Below are positions 51,510-64,000 of a DNA stretch of 64,000 bases, piece after piece. The stretch spans positions 34,286,001-34,350,000 of the forward strand of contig OZ024747.1 in assembly GCA_964016885.1 (NCBI GenBank). The letters run 5' to 3'. Numbering within the stretch: the stretch's first letter is position 1; each line of letters opens with the position of its first letter. Origin of the DNA: Eledone cirrhosa. Taxonomy: Eukaryota. The notes beneath the pieces were generated by a model. The model had not been told where the DNA came from. It searched no databases and saw nothing but the letters and a program-made list of their open reading frames with translations. The position numbers and the translations under genes are program-made.

Positions 51510-51765
51510 CATTTCTCATGAAATGACCAAATGAAGTTTATTTTTCAATATAGTCCTTGGGAAGACAATGCATCTATTATAGAAGGGTCGGGTGTAAAGT
51601 TCTTTGAATGACCAAGATCCGCTCATGGTTTATTTTTCAACATAGTCCCTGGGAGAAAAACAGTGCAGTTATTAATAACAAGAGTTGAAATTAATGCACG
51701 TAATATTTCATAGCTCTAACATCTCTCATTCATAGTCAGTCTAGAAACTTTTTAGCTGAACTTCG
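51510..51765. mobile_element. Same mariner MITE family, degraded, with partial duplication
   Basis: Shares AATGACCAAATGA, AGAGTTGAAATTAATGCA and a TIR-like end with the 25344 copy. Confidence 0.6.
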
Positions 51766-51879
51766 TAAGTACTATCATACTAATTTAATACTCAACATGA
51801 AGATTACAGACGTTTGTGGTGACACAAAGACTCAGTAAACATTATGATGTGATTTTACTCTTATATTTAGTTAGAATAA

Positions 51880-52575
51880 GGTTGGGAATTGGCAGGATCG
51901 ATATAGCTTTTACGTTCTGCTTTCAAATCCTACCGAGGTTAGCTTTGCCTTACGGGGTCGGTAAATAAAGCTCCAGTAATATACTGGTGGTCGATTTAAA
52001 CGATTTTCTCCTCCCATTCAAATTGCTGGCCTTGTGCTTAAAGTAGAAACAATTATTTAGTTAGAAGAGGATCGTGAATTGAAAGGATCGGTAAAGCGTC
52101 AGACAATATGTTTTGTGGCATATAGTTACGTCCCTTTAAGTTCTGTATTCAAATCACACCGAGGTTAACTTTGCCTTTCCTTCTTAAGGGGCTCGATAAA
52201 ATAAAGAACCAGTAGCAAACTGGCATTGATTTAATCGATTTTTCCGTTTCTCAAAATTGTTGGCCTTGTGCCTAAATCAGAAACCATTATTTGGTTGGAA
52301 GAAGGGCGGTGGATTGGCAGTATCGGTAGAGGGTCGGACGCCATGCTTTCCAGCATAGTTACGTCCCTTTACGATCTGAGTTCAAATCCCGCCGAGGTTG
52401 ACTTTGCCTTTCATCCTTACGGGGTCGATAAAATAAAGTACCAGTAATGCACTGGGTAATTGCTGGCCTTGTGCCTAAAAGTAGAAACAATTATTTGGTT
52501 GGAAGAAGGTGGTGGATTGGCAATATGTGTAGAGCGTCACACATGCTTTGCAGCATGTAGTTACATCCCTTTACC
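51880..52575 (+). mobile_element. Tandem array of four SINE copies (last one partial)
   Basis: Copies start at ~51880, 52069, 52304 and 52508, each preceded by an ATTATTTRGTTRGAAGA-like repeat. Confidence 0.88.
52304..52492 (+). mobile_element. Full-length tRNA-derived SINE (Meta-domain-like centre), reference copy
   Basis: A-box TGGCAGTATCGG (52315-52326), B-box GAGTTCAAATCC (52378-52389), central GCCTTTCATCCTTACGGGGTCGATAAAATAAAGTACCAG, 18-bp TSD. Confidence 0.9.
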
Positions 52576-53759
52576 TGCTGTGGATGTATGTGTGCAATGA
52601 GTTTTTCTTAGAATGTTAGGCTATTTCTAACGTCAGAACGCTACGATAAACGGTCCATTGGGTGGTCGGGATCTTTGAATGTCGTTACGATTATAGATGA
52701 TATGGCTTTTCTTTCTGACAGTGAAGTGAACGTAGATATTGTAAATTAAAACCACAGCATAACTCACACAAGCTATGACTTATTAAAAACATACGTTCTC
52801 TACACGGCCAAATCATTTCTAGATACTCACACATACACCCACTCACACATACACCCAAATAAAGAAAATCATACACGCGTATTAATCGCACGCAGTTACA
52901 AATACAAACCAAGTATACTAAGTACGTTTTCATAAACAGATGGCTATTCGTCTTCAGGAAATTGCTTATAATAGGGTGTCAAACAGCAACGATTATACCC
53001 TCCCTAAATGTCGGGAACTCATGGCCGCTGTTATGGCTCGATAAGGCCTGACAATACTAGTCGTATAGACATATATGGAAGTCTGTGAATGACCCCAAAT
53101 ATATATGGATTAACTACATTTGATCAAGTAGACACCTACTCGTTAGATTAATGTGCAAGCGTTAAAATATTCTATAGGCTTTGAATGCAAATCTTAGAAT
53201 AAGGGTGACCTAATATGACAAAGCAGGATATTTTAACTACATGTACATTCCAGAGAAAGAGAAGTAGGAAAATGGAATCCAACCAATATGTTGATATACA
53301 AAGTGGACCTCGACAGTATTTGATCTTGTAGTACCCTAAGTCGAAGCGAATATTCTAAGTCAATTAATCGCTTTATCCAAATATAGACATGGCATTGCAT
53401 ATTTACAAAAACATAGTTACATTTGTTACAAAAACAGTGGTTCCTGGTTACAAAAAATAGAGTCGTAAAGGTTACATAATAAAATGCTTGTTTTTTTAGT
53501 TGGTGCTTTATTGAAAACTGGCTCTTTGGATGTGCTTATTGGATATTTCTCTCAATGGAACACTTTGATAATTAATTGCAAAGCCAAGAAAACCTCATTC
53601 CCAAGCTCTTTAACCGGATACAAATAACTTAAGTCAAATATCCCCATTTAACAAGATTTATTTTAAGTCAATCTTCCTTGTTAAACTAGATTTATTTAAA
53701 ACAATCTTCCGCGTTCAACTATAGTAAAAGACGTGTGATTGAACGTAAGAAAATATGAT

Positions 53760-54010
53760 TGGTAATGAGGAATGTCTCAGGAAAGAATCCCTGGACAGGT
53801 TTTACGGGCGAAACAAAGCGCCAGCAGACCCAGGGGTGGATCTCAAGAAAGATGGTTGGATAAAGTCTATGAGCTCGGCTTGTCTCGCTTGGATATTCAG
53901 CCGGATTAGTAGAAAACGGTTACTTCTTACAGTATCCGCTGGAAGGAATATTTGAGGACTCTGCCTACACTACCCTCTCATGAATAAGTGGGTAACGAAG
54001 AAAAAGAAGA
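53760..54010 (+). mobile_element. RTE-like LINE 3' fragment
   Basis: GGGCGAAACAAA..AGACCCAGGGGTGGA..GGAAGGAATATTTGAGGACTCTG; same family as 44460. Confidence 0.6.
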
Positions 54011-55034
54011 GGAACGAAGGGTGAGCAAGATCTTTAGCAATATGTTGAAAACTCAGGTGATGTTTCTCACCAGAGAAATATAATCTAATTATTTCTGTAG
54101 CGCGTGTACACTATTTATGAAACAATATATCACATGGCCACAATTAGAACAACTTTGATATTTGGTATTTATTAATACCTGATCTGGTGATAAAGATCAA
54201 CACACATTTCCGACTACAGTATTCTAAATAGTCATAACAAAATACATAGATCTCATCTCCTCTAAAATTCTCCTGGAAAGAAATGATTTGAAGTAGAGTT
54301 TAACCCCAACCAAATGAAAATTACAACACTCTCTTCATCATTTACTATAAAACTTCGTTATATATTTTATTAAAATCCTTTGTCACATGCTGAAACATAA
54401 ATGAAAAAGCCACTTACTATATGTCACAATTGATTTTTCAGTTATATAATAACAATATTAACAACAACAATAACTACAACAATAATAATAATAATAAAAT
54501 AATAATAATAATGATGCATTTTTACAGAGAAAGAATGTTTTCCATTTTAATGATTTTGTCGTAACGTTTTTCTTATTGTATTCAAGATGAAATTTCTTGC
54601 TTCATCTCCTGTCACTTGACAGAAAACAAGTAAAACTTTCCCCATAAAAACAAAAACATTAAATGAAGCCGAAAGCGAATGAATATTTTTAAAATGCAAG
54701 GATTTATTTTCTTTGATTTGTTATTGTTTTTTTCGTGTAAATGTTTCCTTACTTTACAAAGTAACAGATTTCAGCGTGCAATTGCTTTTCCTACAGAAAC
54801 AATATATAAACAAATATAAAACAACATGCTTTTAAAAACAGATATAAACGAAAGACAAACTACTTGTATCATTTATTTATTTATATTGTCTGTTTATATT
54901 TGTCAGGGTCTAATGCACAATACTATTGCTAGTGAATTCGCCTAAAATATTGAGTCACTACTACCTTCGTATTAGTAAGTTGCAGATTATTCTGTATGTA
55001 TAGACACACACAACACACACACGCACACGCACAC

Positions 55035-55136
<102 letters not shown>

Positions 55137-55426
55137 TATTGGTATGTGTACATAGAAAGAAACAGGAGGAAAGTGAGAGAGATAATACGATTATATACAT
55201 ATATACACACATATTTATATATTATTTCATATCTAGCTTCCGTTGGGGAACATTCCCTTCATCACAGATCGATTGTGGTTTGTTAATATTTTGGCATCAT
55301 ATTACTGTTTCCTAAGTATTGAGCAGCATTGATGCTACCAGTGAATGTCTGGTTTGTTTTCGCCGTATTAAAGCATGGTTTTCTCGTTATTTTCTTCGTT
55401 GTCGAAATCAGGATGGTACAACTTCA

Positions 55427-55543
55427 TGAGTTCAAATCCCGCCGATGTTTACTTTGCCTTTCATCCTTACGGGGTCGATAAAATAAAGTACCAATAATGT
55501 ACTGAGTAATTGCTGGCCTTGTGCTAAAGTAGAAACAATTATT
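55427..55543 (+). mobile_element. 5'-truncated SINE
   Basis: Runs from the B-box to the 3' tail GTAGAAACAATTATT. Confidence 0.88.
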
Positions 55544-56561
55544 ATATTCGTGATGCCACCTAGCTCGTTTATTGTGTCAGGAAATGCATTTAATAATGCG
55601 TTCGTATTGACTTGAGTAAATCTGCAGTATTTTCAACTAAATATGTTATGAAGCCATCTAGTGAAGTGAAATTGCTATTGTTATTCAACGTTTGTGCTAC
55701 ATAAATTCTTAGTACTCTATTAACAATATCCTCCCGATAGATAAAGTTAGACTTATTAGGTACTATAAGGTGTCTGACAGCATACTAAAATTGTGGTGTT
55801 TCATATTCTCCCAAGTATTTATTTACATCATTTAAAAAAAATATTTTTGATGGGGGCTATTCCTTGTCAAATGGCAAGTACTATAAAACTGGAAAGACAC
55901 TCACTGAAGGAAACTGCGGCGAACACAATAAAATACTTAGAGTCATATCTACTTTTAAGTTTGCATTTTGTTAGAAATTTTAGATGTTACCGTAGTAGTA
56001 ATTGTAAATGTTGCAAGTGATCTCGGCTCTCTATTTCTTCATTTAACTGTCTCGCAGATATTTGTGGCCATTTTTTATCGTTTTCGTCGTTTCAGCTATC
56101 TCCATATAAGATTCTGTATCCTTTTTAAGAGAAAGCAATCATTTTGCAAATGTAATACACAAACAGGCACTCACTAATATATAAATATATATATATGAAG
56201 AGAGACGGTATCTCGTATACATCAGTTTATTACATCATTTTGGACAGGTTGATGCAATAAAATGAAGATGTATATATGGCACCGAGTCTCTTAATTTTTC
56301 ATAGTATTAACATATCGTCTTATACCTTATTGTACCCACGTCGTGCAGTGCTTACGTCTGATTACACTACACTCAGACACCGATGAGTTGGCTTCTACTG
56401 TGCAGAGATTGCTTTGAGCTCTGTTCAGCAATCTCTCGGGGTATGCAAAAAAGATTACTCTCTGCCCTTCCGAGGTAGATCGATATATTGTCTAAACTTA
56501 CTTAAAGGCAATTTTGAGTTATAAAATCATTATTGACCCCACTATAAACAGGTGGTAACCT

Positions 56562-56624
<63 letters not shown>

Positions 56625-56627
<3 letters not shown>

Positions 56628-57716
56628 CAGGGGTATATATTGAGTTGTGAACTCAAAATAGTCTCTTACAATAAAATAGCTCTAGGAAAGAAATATTTCT
56701 GAGCCGTATATTATAATAGAATATAAAAGAAAAGCGAACACAGGCATATACATATATGTGATCAAATCGTTAGGGACGTGATTCGCTAAGGTGAAAAGAA
56801 TACTAACTATAGACAGTTAGGTTCGCTTGTCTCAATTTAAGAAAAAATTAAGAAAATAAATACAAACCGGAATTGTAGTAACTACCAATCACCCAGAAAA
56901 CTTGTTGTTTCGCAAACTCAATTGTGAATAGAAATACCATCCCAAGCTCATCAGTGGGTGATGAATTAGTATACTAGACATATCTAAGTATGCTATATAT
57001 AAAATATATAAAATAGCGCACATGGCATCCTAGCGTGTCTCACAATTCGGGTTTGTATTTACAACAATTCGGGTTTGTATTTATTTTTTTTTTTTTTCTT
57101 AAATTGAGTCTGGCAAACCCTATTGTCTATAGTTAGTATTCCTTTCATCTTAGCGAATCAGGTCCCTTACGATTTGAACACATATATGTATATGTCTGTG
57201 TTCGCTTTTCTTTTATATTCTATTATAATATAAGGCTCAGAAATATTTCTTTCTTAGAGCTATTTTATTGTAAGAGACTATTTTGAGTTCATAACTCAAT
57301 ATATATACCTTTGATATATTCGGCTCCGATAATTTGTTGAGCTATTTAAAATGTCGAGTAAAGTTGGCTGCTATTTTTAATGGTGTGGGCTTGTGAGACA
57401 CGCTAGGATGCCATGTGCGCTATTTTATATATTTTATATATAGCATACTTAGATGTGTCTAGGATACTACTTCATCAACCACCGATGAGCTTGGATTGGT
57501 ATTTCTATTCACAATTAACTTGGCGAAACAACAAGTTTTCTGGGTGATTGGTAGTTACCACAATTCCACTTTGTATTTATTTTCTTAATTTTTTCTTAAA
57601 TTGAGACAAGCGAACCCAACAGTTTATAGTTAGTATTCTTTTCACCTTAGCGAATCGGATCCCTTACGTTTTGAACACATATGTATATGCCTGTGTTCGC
57701 TTTTCTTTTATATTCT

Positions 57717-57725
<9 letters not shown>
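56625..57725. mobile_element. Non-coding inverted + partial-tandem repeat with hammerheads (non-autonomous Penelope-like/retrozyme-like)
   Basis: 56625-57045 is the reverse complement of segments within 57065-57725, where a ~495-bp unit restarts at ~57561. Flanked on both sides by (TA)n. Confidence 0.65.
56888..56962 (-). ncRNA. Type I hammerhead ribozyme candidate with long stem II region
   Basis: Minus strand ATCACCCA-CTGATGAG...CGAAACAACAAGTTTTC-TGGGTGAT. A mutated second copy lies on plus at ~57474-57548 (CCGATGAG). Confidence 0.6.
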
Positions 57726-57766
<41 letters not shown>

Positions 57767-58298
57767 ATACTTGGGGAGGGTCATATTTGCGTAATATTGC
57801 CAGAATTAATAACAGAACACACTCACTGTTTGGTTGGTTTTCGCTGCTCGCTATCTTTTATATCTGCCATCTAACTTACTCGGTCCTCAATGTTGCCATT
57901 GACTGACCGACGGTCAAAAATAATACATATATATATATATATATTTATTTATATATAAAAGTGGATTAATAATAATATTCGATTCGTTGGAAATTATGCA
58001 TGCAGCCTCTTTTAAGCCACGTCAGTAGATTGAGCCCTTCATTCTTGCTCTTGTGTTGGCATGTAAACAGAACTGCAGACAATAATGTTTCTGGTTGATT
58101 ACCCTTCATCAGTGCAGTTTACTTCTCACCTGCCAAGTATCAGAGCTAGAGAAAATATATGATATTTCCTGAAATATACAGTGACGGATCGGCCAGATTT
58201 GCTAATATACAGATCTGACTGATTAGTCAGTCAGCTAATATGCAAATCAGGCCGTCAGTCACTTAAGTATACTACTATTAGGGTTAATATAATTTTAC

Positions 58299-58350
<52 letters not shown>

Positions 58351-58355
58351 ATATA

Positions 58356-58448
<93 letters not shown>

Positions 58449-59132
58449 ATATATATATAATTACCTCATTCTATAACCCTATATTTCGGTATCCTAATAA
58501 AACTTGCTATAAATGAACATTTTCGTGGATGGTCTGGATTGCAGTTGTATGATTCAACCCAAATACATTCTTGTAGATTTGTTGGTTCAGAACATATACT
58601 TGATATTTTAGATTTATGTAGGGTATAAAAAGCCAAAATATTGCAGAAACCAATAACACTATATCTTAAGGTTTTATATGAAACAAGTTATTTCAGGGAT
58701 TATGAGAACGAAGTGAATAGTTTTATTTTTATTCTTTATTCATAAATTATTTGCTATGTTCACTGACACACAATTACCTGTGTTTATTTTTAAAAATCTC
58801 CATGCATTCCTATATCCGTGAGGAAAATATGTTTTCTTAACGAGTAAGTAGTAACGTGCCTTGATTTTTACATTCAGTTCGAGAGAAAATAACTATTTAT
58901 ATCCTAGAGTTTAATAAAAAATGTTATTGATATAGCTTGAAACGTACAAGCGTGCGTGTACATAAATAATAATATATATATATATATATATATGCATCCA
59001 TATACCTATAAATATCCAGGAATAGGAATATATTTTCATTTATATTAACACACACACACATACACACACATATATATATGCTTATATAACTATATACACA
59101 CTATCGCTTTCATTCCTTGTGCCCTCACTCTC

Positions 59133-59174
<42 letters not shown>

Positions 59175-59479
59175 ACATATATATATTTGTGTGAGTGTGT
59201 AAACAAGGGTGTATGTATTGTTACTTGTGTCATGAACCTTTCCACTTAAACCCTCCTATATATTTTATGCTGAAATAAGTGTAATATTATAGCTAAACCT
59301 TGACAGCAATTTCGTTCAATTCTCACTAGGCAAATACGAGTTTTCCAATGAAAACATACTTTCTGGAGTAATTCTGATATATATATAATATATACTGAAC
59401 CTACAGTTCATTCATAAGCCTATCATATATATATATATTATACATATTTCAGTATTACACGAATGAAATCTATTTTCAG

Positions 59480-59516
<37 letters not shown>

Positions 59517-59589
59517 TATTTAGGAACAGTTTAGGTATGATACATTTTATTACTAATTATATCTAAATGTTTCTTCTCTCTTCATAATG

Positions 59590-60065
<476 letters not shown>

Positions 60066-61507
60066 ACTGAAAATAGATTTCATTCGTGTAATACTGAAAT
60101 ATGTATAATATAGAACTGAACATATAGTTCATTCAAACTATCATTACTACTTCCAGCAAAATAATATCTTGTTTAACTGAGAAATGTAGAAAATAGAATC
60201 AGGGTTGAAACAAATATTTCATAACTATCTGACTATAAGCTATATCATTCATGAAGAAAATATACTACCACACCATTTCTTTTACTTTAACAACGCAAAT
60301 ATGGTATCATAAGAAGTACGTTTGCATTTCCTTAACTTTGTCATTCATTCATTCCTTTATTCTTCTTCTGGTTGTCTTCCACAAACAAACAGGCATATAC
60401 TCACACTTACACATGCACACACTCCCACCAGAAACATCTCTCTTTCCCTAAATATATATTGAAACATACCCCACATCCTCCGAGCGTGAACCTAATATAA
60501 CTGTAATTTTGTCTCGTATGTTTTAATTTTTTCATCTATAAACTATATATATATATATATAGAGAGAGAGAGTGTGTGTGTGCAATATTTATGTAGTGAA
60601 ATATATAAATATATATCATTATCATCCCCATCTCCATCTGTTATATTTTAAAGACTGTTCTTCCGAACAGGCAATTCTGTAACGTGTTCCGCATACATCA
60701 TATTTCTAGAAACATGACGTCAATTGCATATATATAAACATGCATACATGTATATATATATATATACATACAGATAAATCCACCAATTAATAATGGGGCC
60801 CAAGCCGTATGAAGAACTCAATGTAATCCGTATGTAGAAGATGTCGTGAAACAAAGATTAAAATACAAAACTTCAACCTTATAATTCATTGGAACAGAGT
60901 CAATTAATACAAATAGTGAAAACAATGAAATAAAAAAAAATTATTATTTTACGATCGTTTCTGGGGGGGGGGGGGGGTAGTTGTCCGTATGTTCATTCTA
61001 TTAGTGATCTGTGTAAAGTATCTTACAAGTAAGAAAATATACATCTTCCCTACCCGCTGTCTTCAGAAATAATGAGTTTTGTGTATTGAAGAATATAGAA
61101 ACATGTATGAATAAGTAACCCTTTAAGAACAAATTTCAGATTGACCAAAGAAAAGTAAAAGGGAGATAAAAAAATATATAGGTAAGAAAATAATAAAATT
61201 TGTGAAAGTATTGTATTGTGTTAGAGTGGTCAGAATGAAGTTTTACCTGAGGGGAATTTTGTTTTCAAATAAGAAATTGCATTAATAATCTGGTTTTCTT
61301 AATAGGTTTAAATGCATCTCTGTTAAAGTTTTGTTAGAGTGTTGAATATAATGTAATATATAGTCCTCGTTAATATTTAATTATTTAAAACAGTTATAGG
61401 GATGAAATATAGGATTGAATCTATGGAGTAATTCTAATAGTAAAAATATATATATACACATACAGACACAAACACACACATACACACACACACACACACA
61501 CACTCAC

Positions 61508-61577
<70 letters not shown>

Positions 61578-62000
61578 TCTTTTATATATTTTCTTTATTT
61601 GTTTAGTTGTATTTATACAAAGGAAAATATATATATATATATATACAAAATTTAGTACAGCATAATCGAAGCTCTGGCTGCAGCTAAGCTAACGAATGCA
61701 ATCGGGGTGTACAGCTAAGCACTCAATAAGGTATTTTACCTTAGAGTTATGACATTACGTTTAGACAGGTTTGCAAAATGAAGACAGCGACTGATAGGCG
61801 AGCCGCAGTGACCATAGCGACGAAAAAAACTGAACTCATGAACATATGACAAATCTGGACCGTCACGTTGATACCACATATAACATATCATATATAATAT
61901 CTCCGCTAGGATTCTGTAAATCCGAAATCAACAAAATCCACTTGCATATATATATATATATATATATGTATGTATATAAATGTATATATATATGTATATA

Positions 62001-62082
<82 letters not shown>

Positions 62083-62250
62083 TATTTTGGGGCATTTCGG
62101 TGTAATGAGAATATCTGCGTTTATCTAGAAGAAATATTCTTTATATATACTGTTCTTTGTGCGGGTGCGATAGTGGGATTTCAACAATTGGTCAGAATAC
62201 TATTGAATTACTTTTTATAAGAAGGGTTCTGTGTATGTAACTGTGATGTT

Positions 62251-62540
62251 GGATGCGCGTGTCCTAGTGGTATGGGTGCTTTACTTACTATCATAATGTA
62301 GTTGGTTCGATTCTTTGTGGTGTATTGTGGTGTATTGTATCCTTCAACAATGCATTTCATTTCATGTTGCTACAGTGTACTCATCTGAAAATGAGTACCA
62401 GCAGCAATAGCTTGGTATTTAATCCTGCCATGGACTAGCGTGCTGTCCAGGTGGAGGTCTTGTACTCTCAGTTACTCAACGACACAGAAACCGAGATAAA
62501 CGCTGGCTGGATTAGCCTCCGGTCTCTAAAGAAACTTTAG
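62251..62540 (+). mobile_element. Old tRNA-derived SINE of a second family (CORE-like)
   Basis: Degenerate A-box TGTCCTAGTGG, B-box GGTTCGATTC, TGTATCCTT..AAAATGAGTACCAG, CCTGCCATGGACTAGCG..TGTCCAGG. Confidence 0.55.
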
Positions 62541-63569
62541 TCTTTTGTTTATTAATTTTACAGGTATTTTAGTCTTCTCCCGAACGAGTAATATCATACA
62601 GGGTGTTTGTAGGTAGCCCAACCCTCTGAAAAGTATGTATGTTTATGATCAAAATAGTACATTGGTGAAAGGAGAATTAATCATCTCATATATTGATTTA
62701 TTTCTTCAAATCTTTAGTGTATTTGCTGATTATATAACTTTATAGAAAGGGAGAACAATCTACACTGCAGACAATGCCATATTGTTTCGAACATTTTCTA
62801 CAGGAGAAATGCATAATTGAATCTGATTGTTTGAAAATACAAGCCACAACTTTGAGAGAAATTTTAAATTAGATTCCATCATTGACCTTAGGTCTCAACT
62901 ATATAGAACATAATGAATAATATGGTAGACCCAGTTTGCTTGCATCAGGCTACTGTTAATAGTTTAAATCATGTTTTCCTTACTAGTATACGTACAAAGT
63001 TTGTTTTATGCGTTTTATTTAACATGCATTCTTCCAGTTTCATACACTTCTAACACAAACGGTATTTACATCTAGTTCACGTTGGTAGAAATGCTGGGGT
63101 GATTTTTTAATTATTTGTATATTCACGTACAACGTTTTTCTTTTTTTAGTGAAATCATAAAGTGATAATTTATCAACATGGACATGTGTCATAAGCTCAT
63201 CACAAAGTAATATAAGTTGTCAGTTTGTTTACTAGGCAAAGACACAATAGCAGCAATGAATTTGACCTCGGAAGATACGTGAATAGCATAACTACAAGTG
63301 ATGCATATATCTAATCACGAGAAATCTGTTGGCTAATACTTGTCACACTAGAAGGCTCGCTTCGGTCACGAATATTCTTAGTTTTTGCACCTAGAAATTC
63401 CCCTCCCATCATTTTGATGGTGTATTACTATGTTCCAAATCCTCTAATAAAGTAGCCTGGTTATGAAGAAACGATGCTGGAGCTGTGGAATCGTGCTTGC
63501 ATTAATTTCATTCTTATTAATGATTGCATAGTTCCTTTGTAGGGGCTAGGTTAAAAAATAGACCTCATT

Positions 63570-63622
63570 TAGTCATTCCATGAGTATATCTTGGTCAGCC
63601 TATGAGCCTTTCAGCCAGCCCT

Positions 63623-63625
<3 letters not shown>
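63570..63625. mobile_element. Mariner MITE terminal fragment
   Basis: TCTTGGTCAGCCTATGAGCCTTTCAGCCAGCCCTTG followed by (TA)n. Confidence 0.6.
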
Positions 63626-63666
<41 letters not shown>

Positions 63667-64000
63667 AAAGAACACAAGAGCGTCTACAACATCAACACAT
63701 TTTTATTGGCTTACAATGTTTCTTCCATACGTAACCGTAGGATTCGTCAGAGCTATAAAAGGGGTTTGATTGGTGTTATGGACTCTACCAACCAAACATT
63801 CAAGAACAAAGAGTAAAGGGAGTAAAGAGCAAAAGTAGGAGACGATAAGTCTAATTTCGGTGCGGGAGGGTGGGGGGTGGGTCCTTGTTTACTAGCTGCG
63901 GTCATATTCATTCCCGGGAGTCGAGTGGTTAGCTGAACCATAGATGGGGTGGCGTCGATAGTATGGTGCAGAGGGTGTGCAGAGGCTACACAAACACAAA

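Noticed and set aside
52304-52395. tRNA gene
   Set aside because: A and B boxes are present, but spacing is extended and the sequence continues into the SINE body and tail.
51861-52575. CRISPR array
   Set aside because: The 'spacers' are homologous SINEs, the repeats behave as TSDs, the context is eukaryotic and there are no cas genes.
56375-56470. Additional hammerhead (CCGATGAG plus GAGATTGCT/AGCAATCTC hairpin)
   Set aside because: No properly placed GAAA core or stem I could be found.

Overview
AT-rich, microsatellite-dense eukaryotic DNA. It is probably an invertebrate, and the SINE and repeat content suggest a cephalopod mollusc (inference). No intact host gene is recognisable and almost all identifiable sequence is transposable element. 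Bases ~6.3-24.7 kb are a continuous insertion pile-up on an (AAT)n/(ATT)n microsatellite. It holds three near-full-length, head-to-tail Tx1/L1-group LINEs (minus strand), a 5'-truncated R4/Dong-type LINE in the opposite orientation, and several tRNA-derived SINEs. A second Tx1+Dong+SINE cluster lies at ~31-35 kb. The SINE shares its 3' end with the Tx1 elements and makes 16-18 bp target-site duplications that all begin A(T/A)TATT, suggesting a microsatellite-targeting LINE/SINE partnership that regenerates its own target. The window also holds a Penelope-like RT element, several hammerhead-ribozyme motifs (one in a retrozyme-like permuted repeat), a hAT transposon with an 8-bp TSD, mariner MITEs, RTE fragments and palindromes. 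All family names come from motif recognition by eye, not from database searches.
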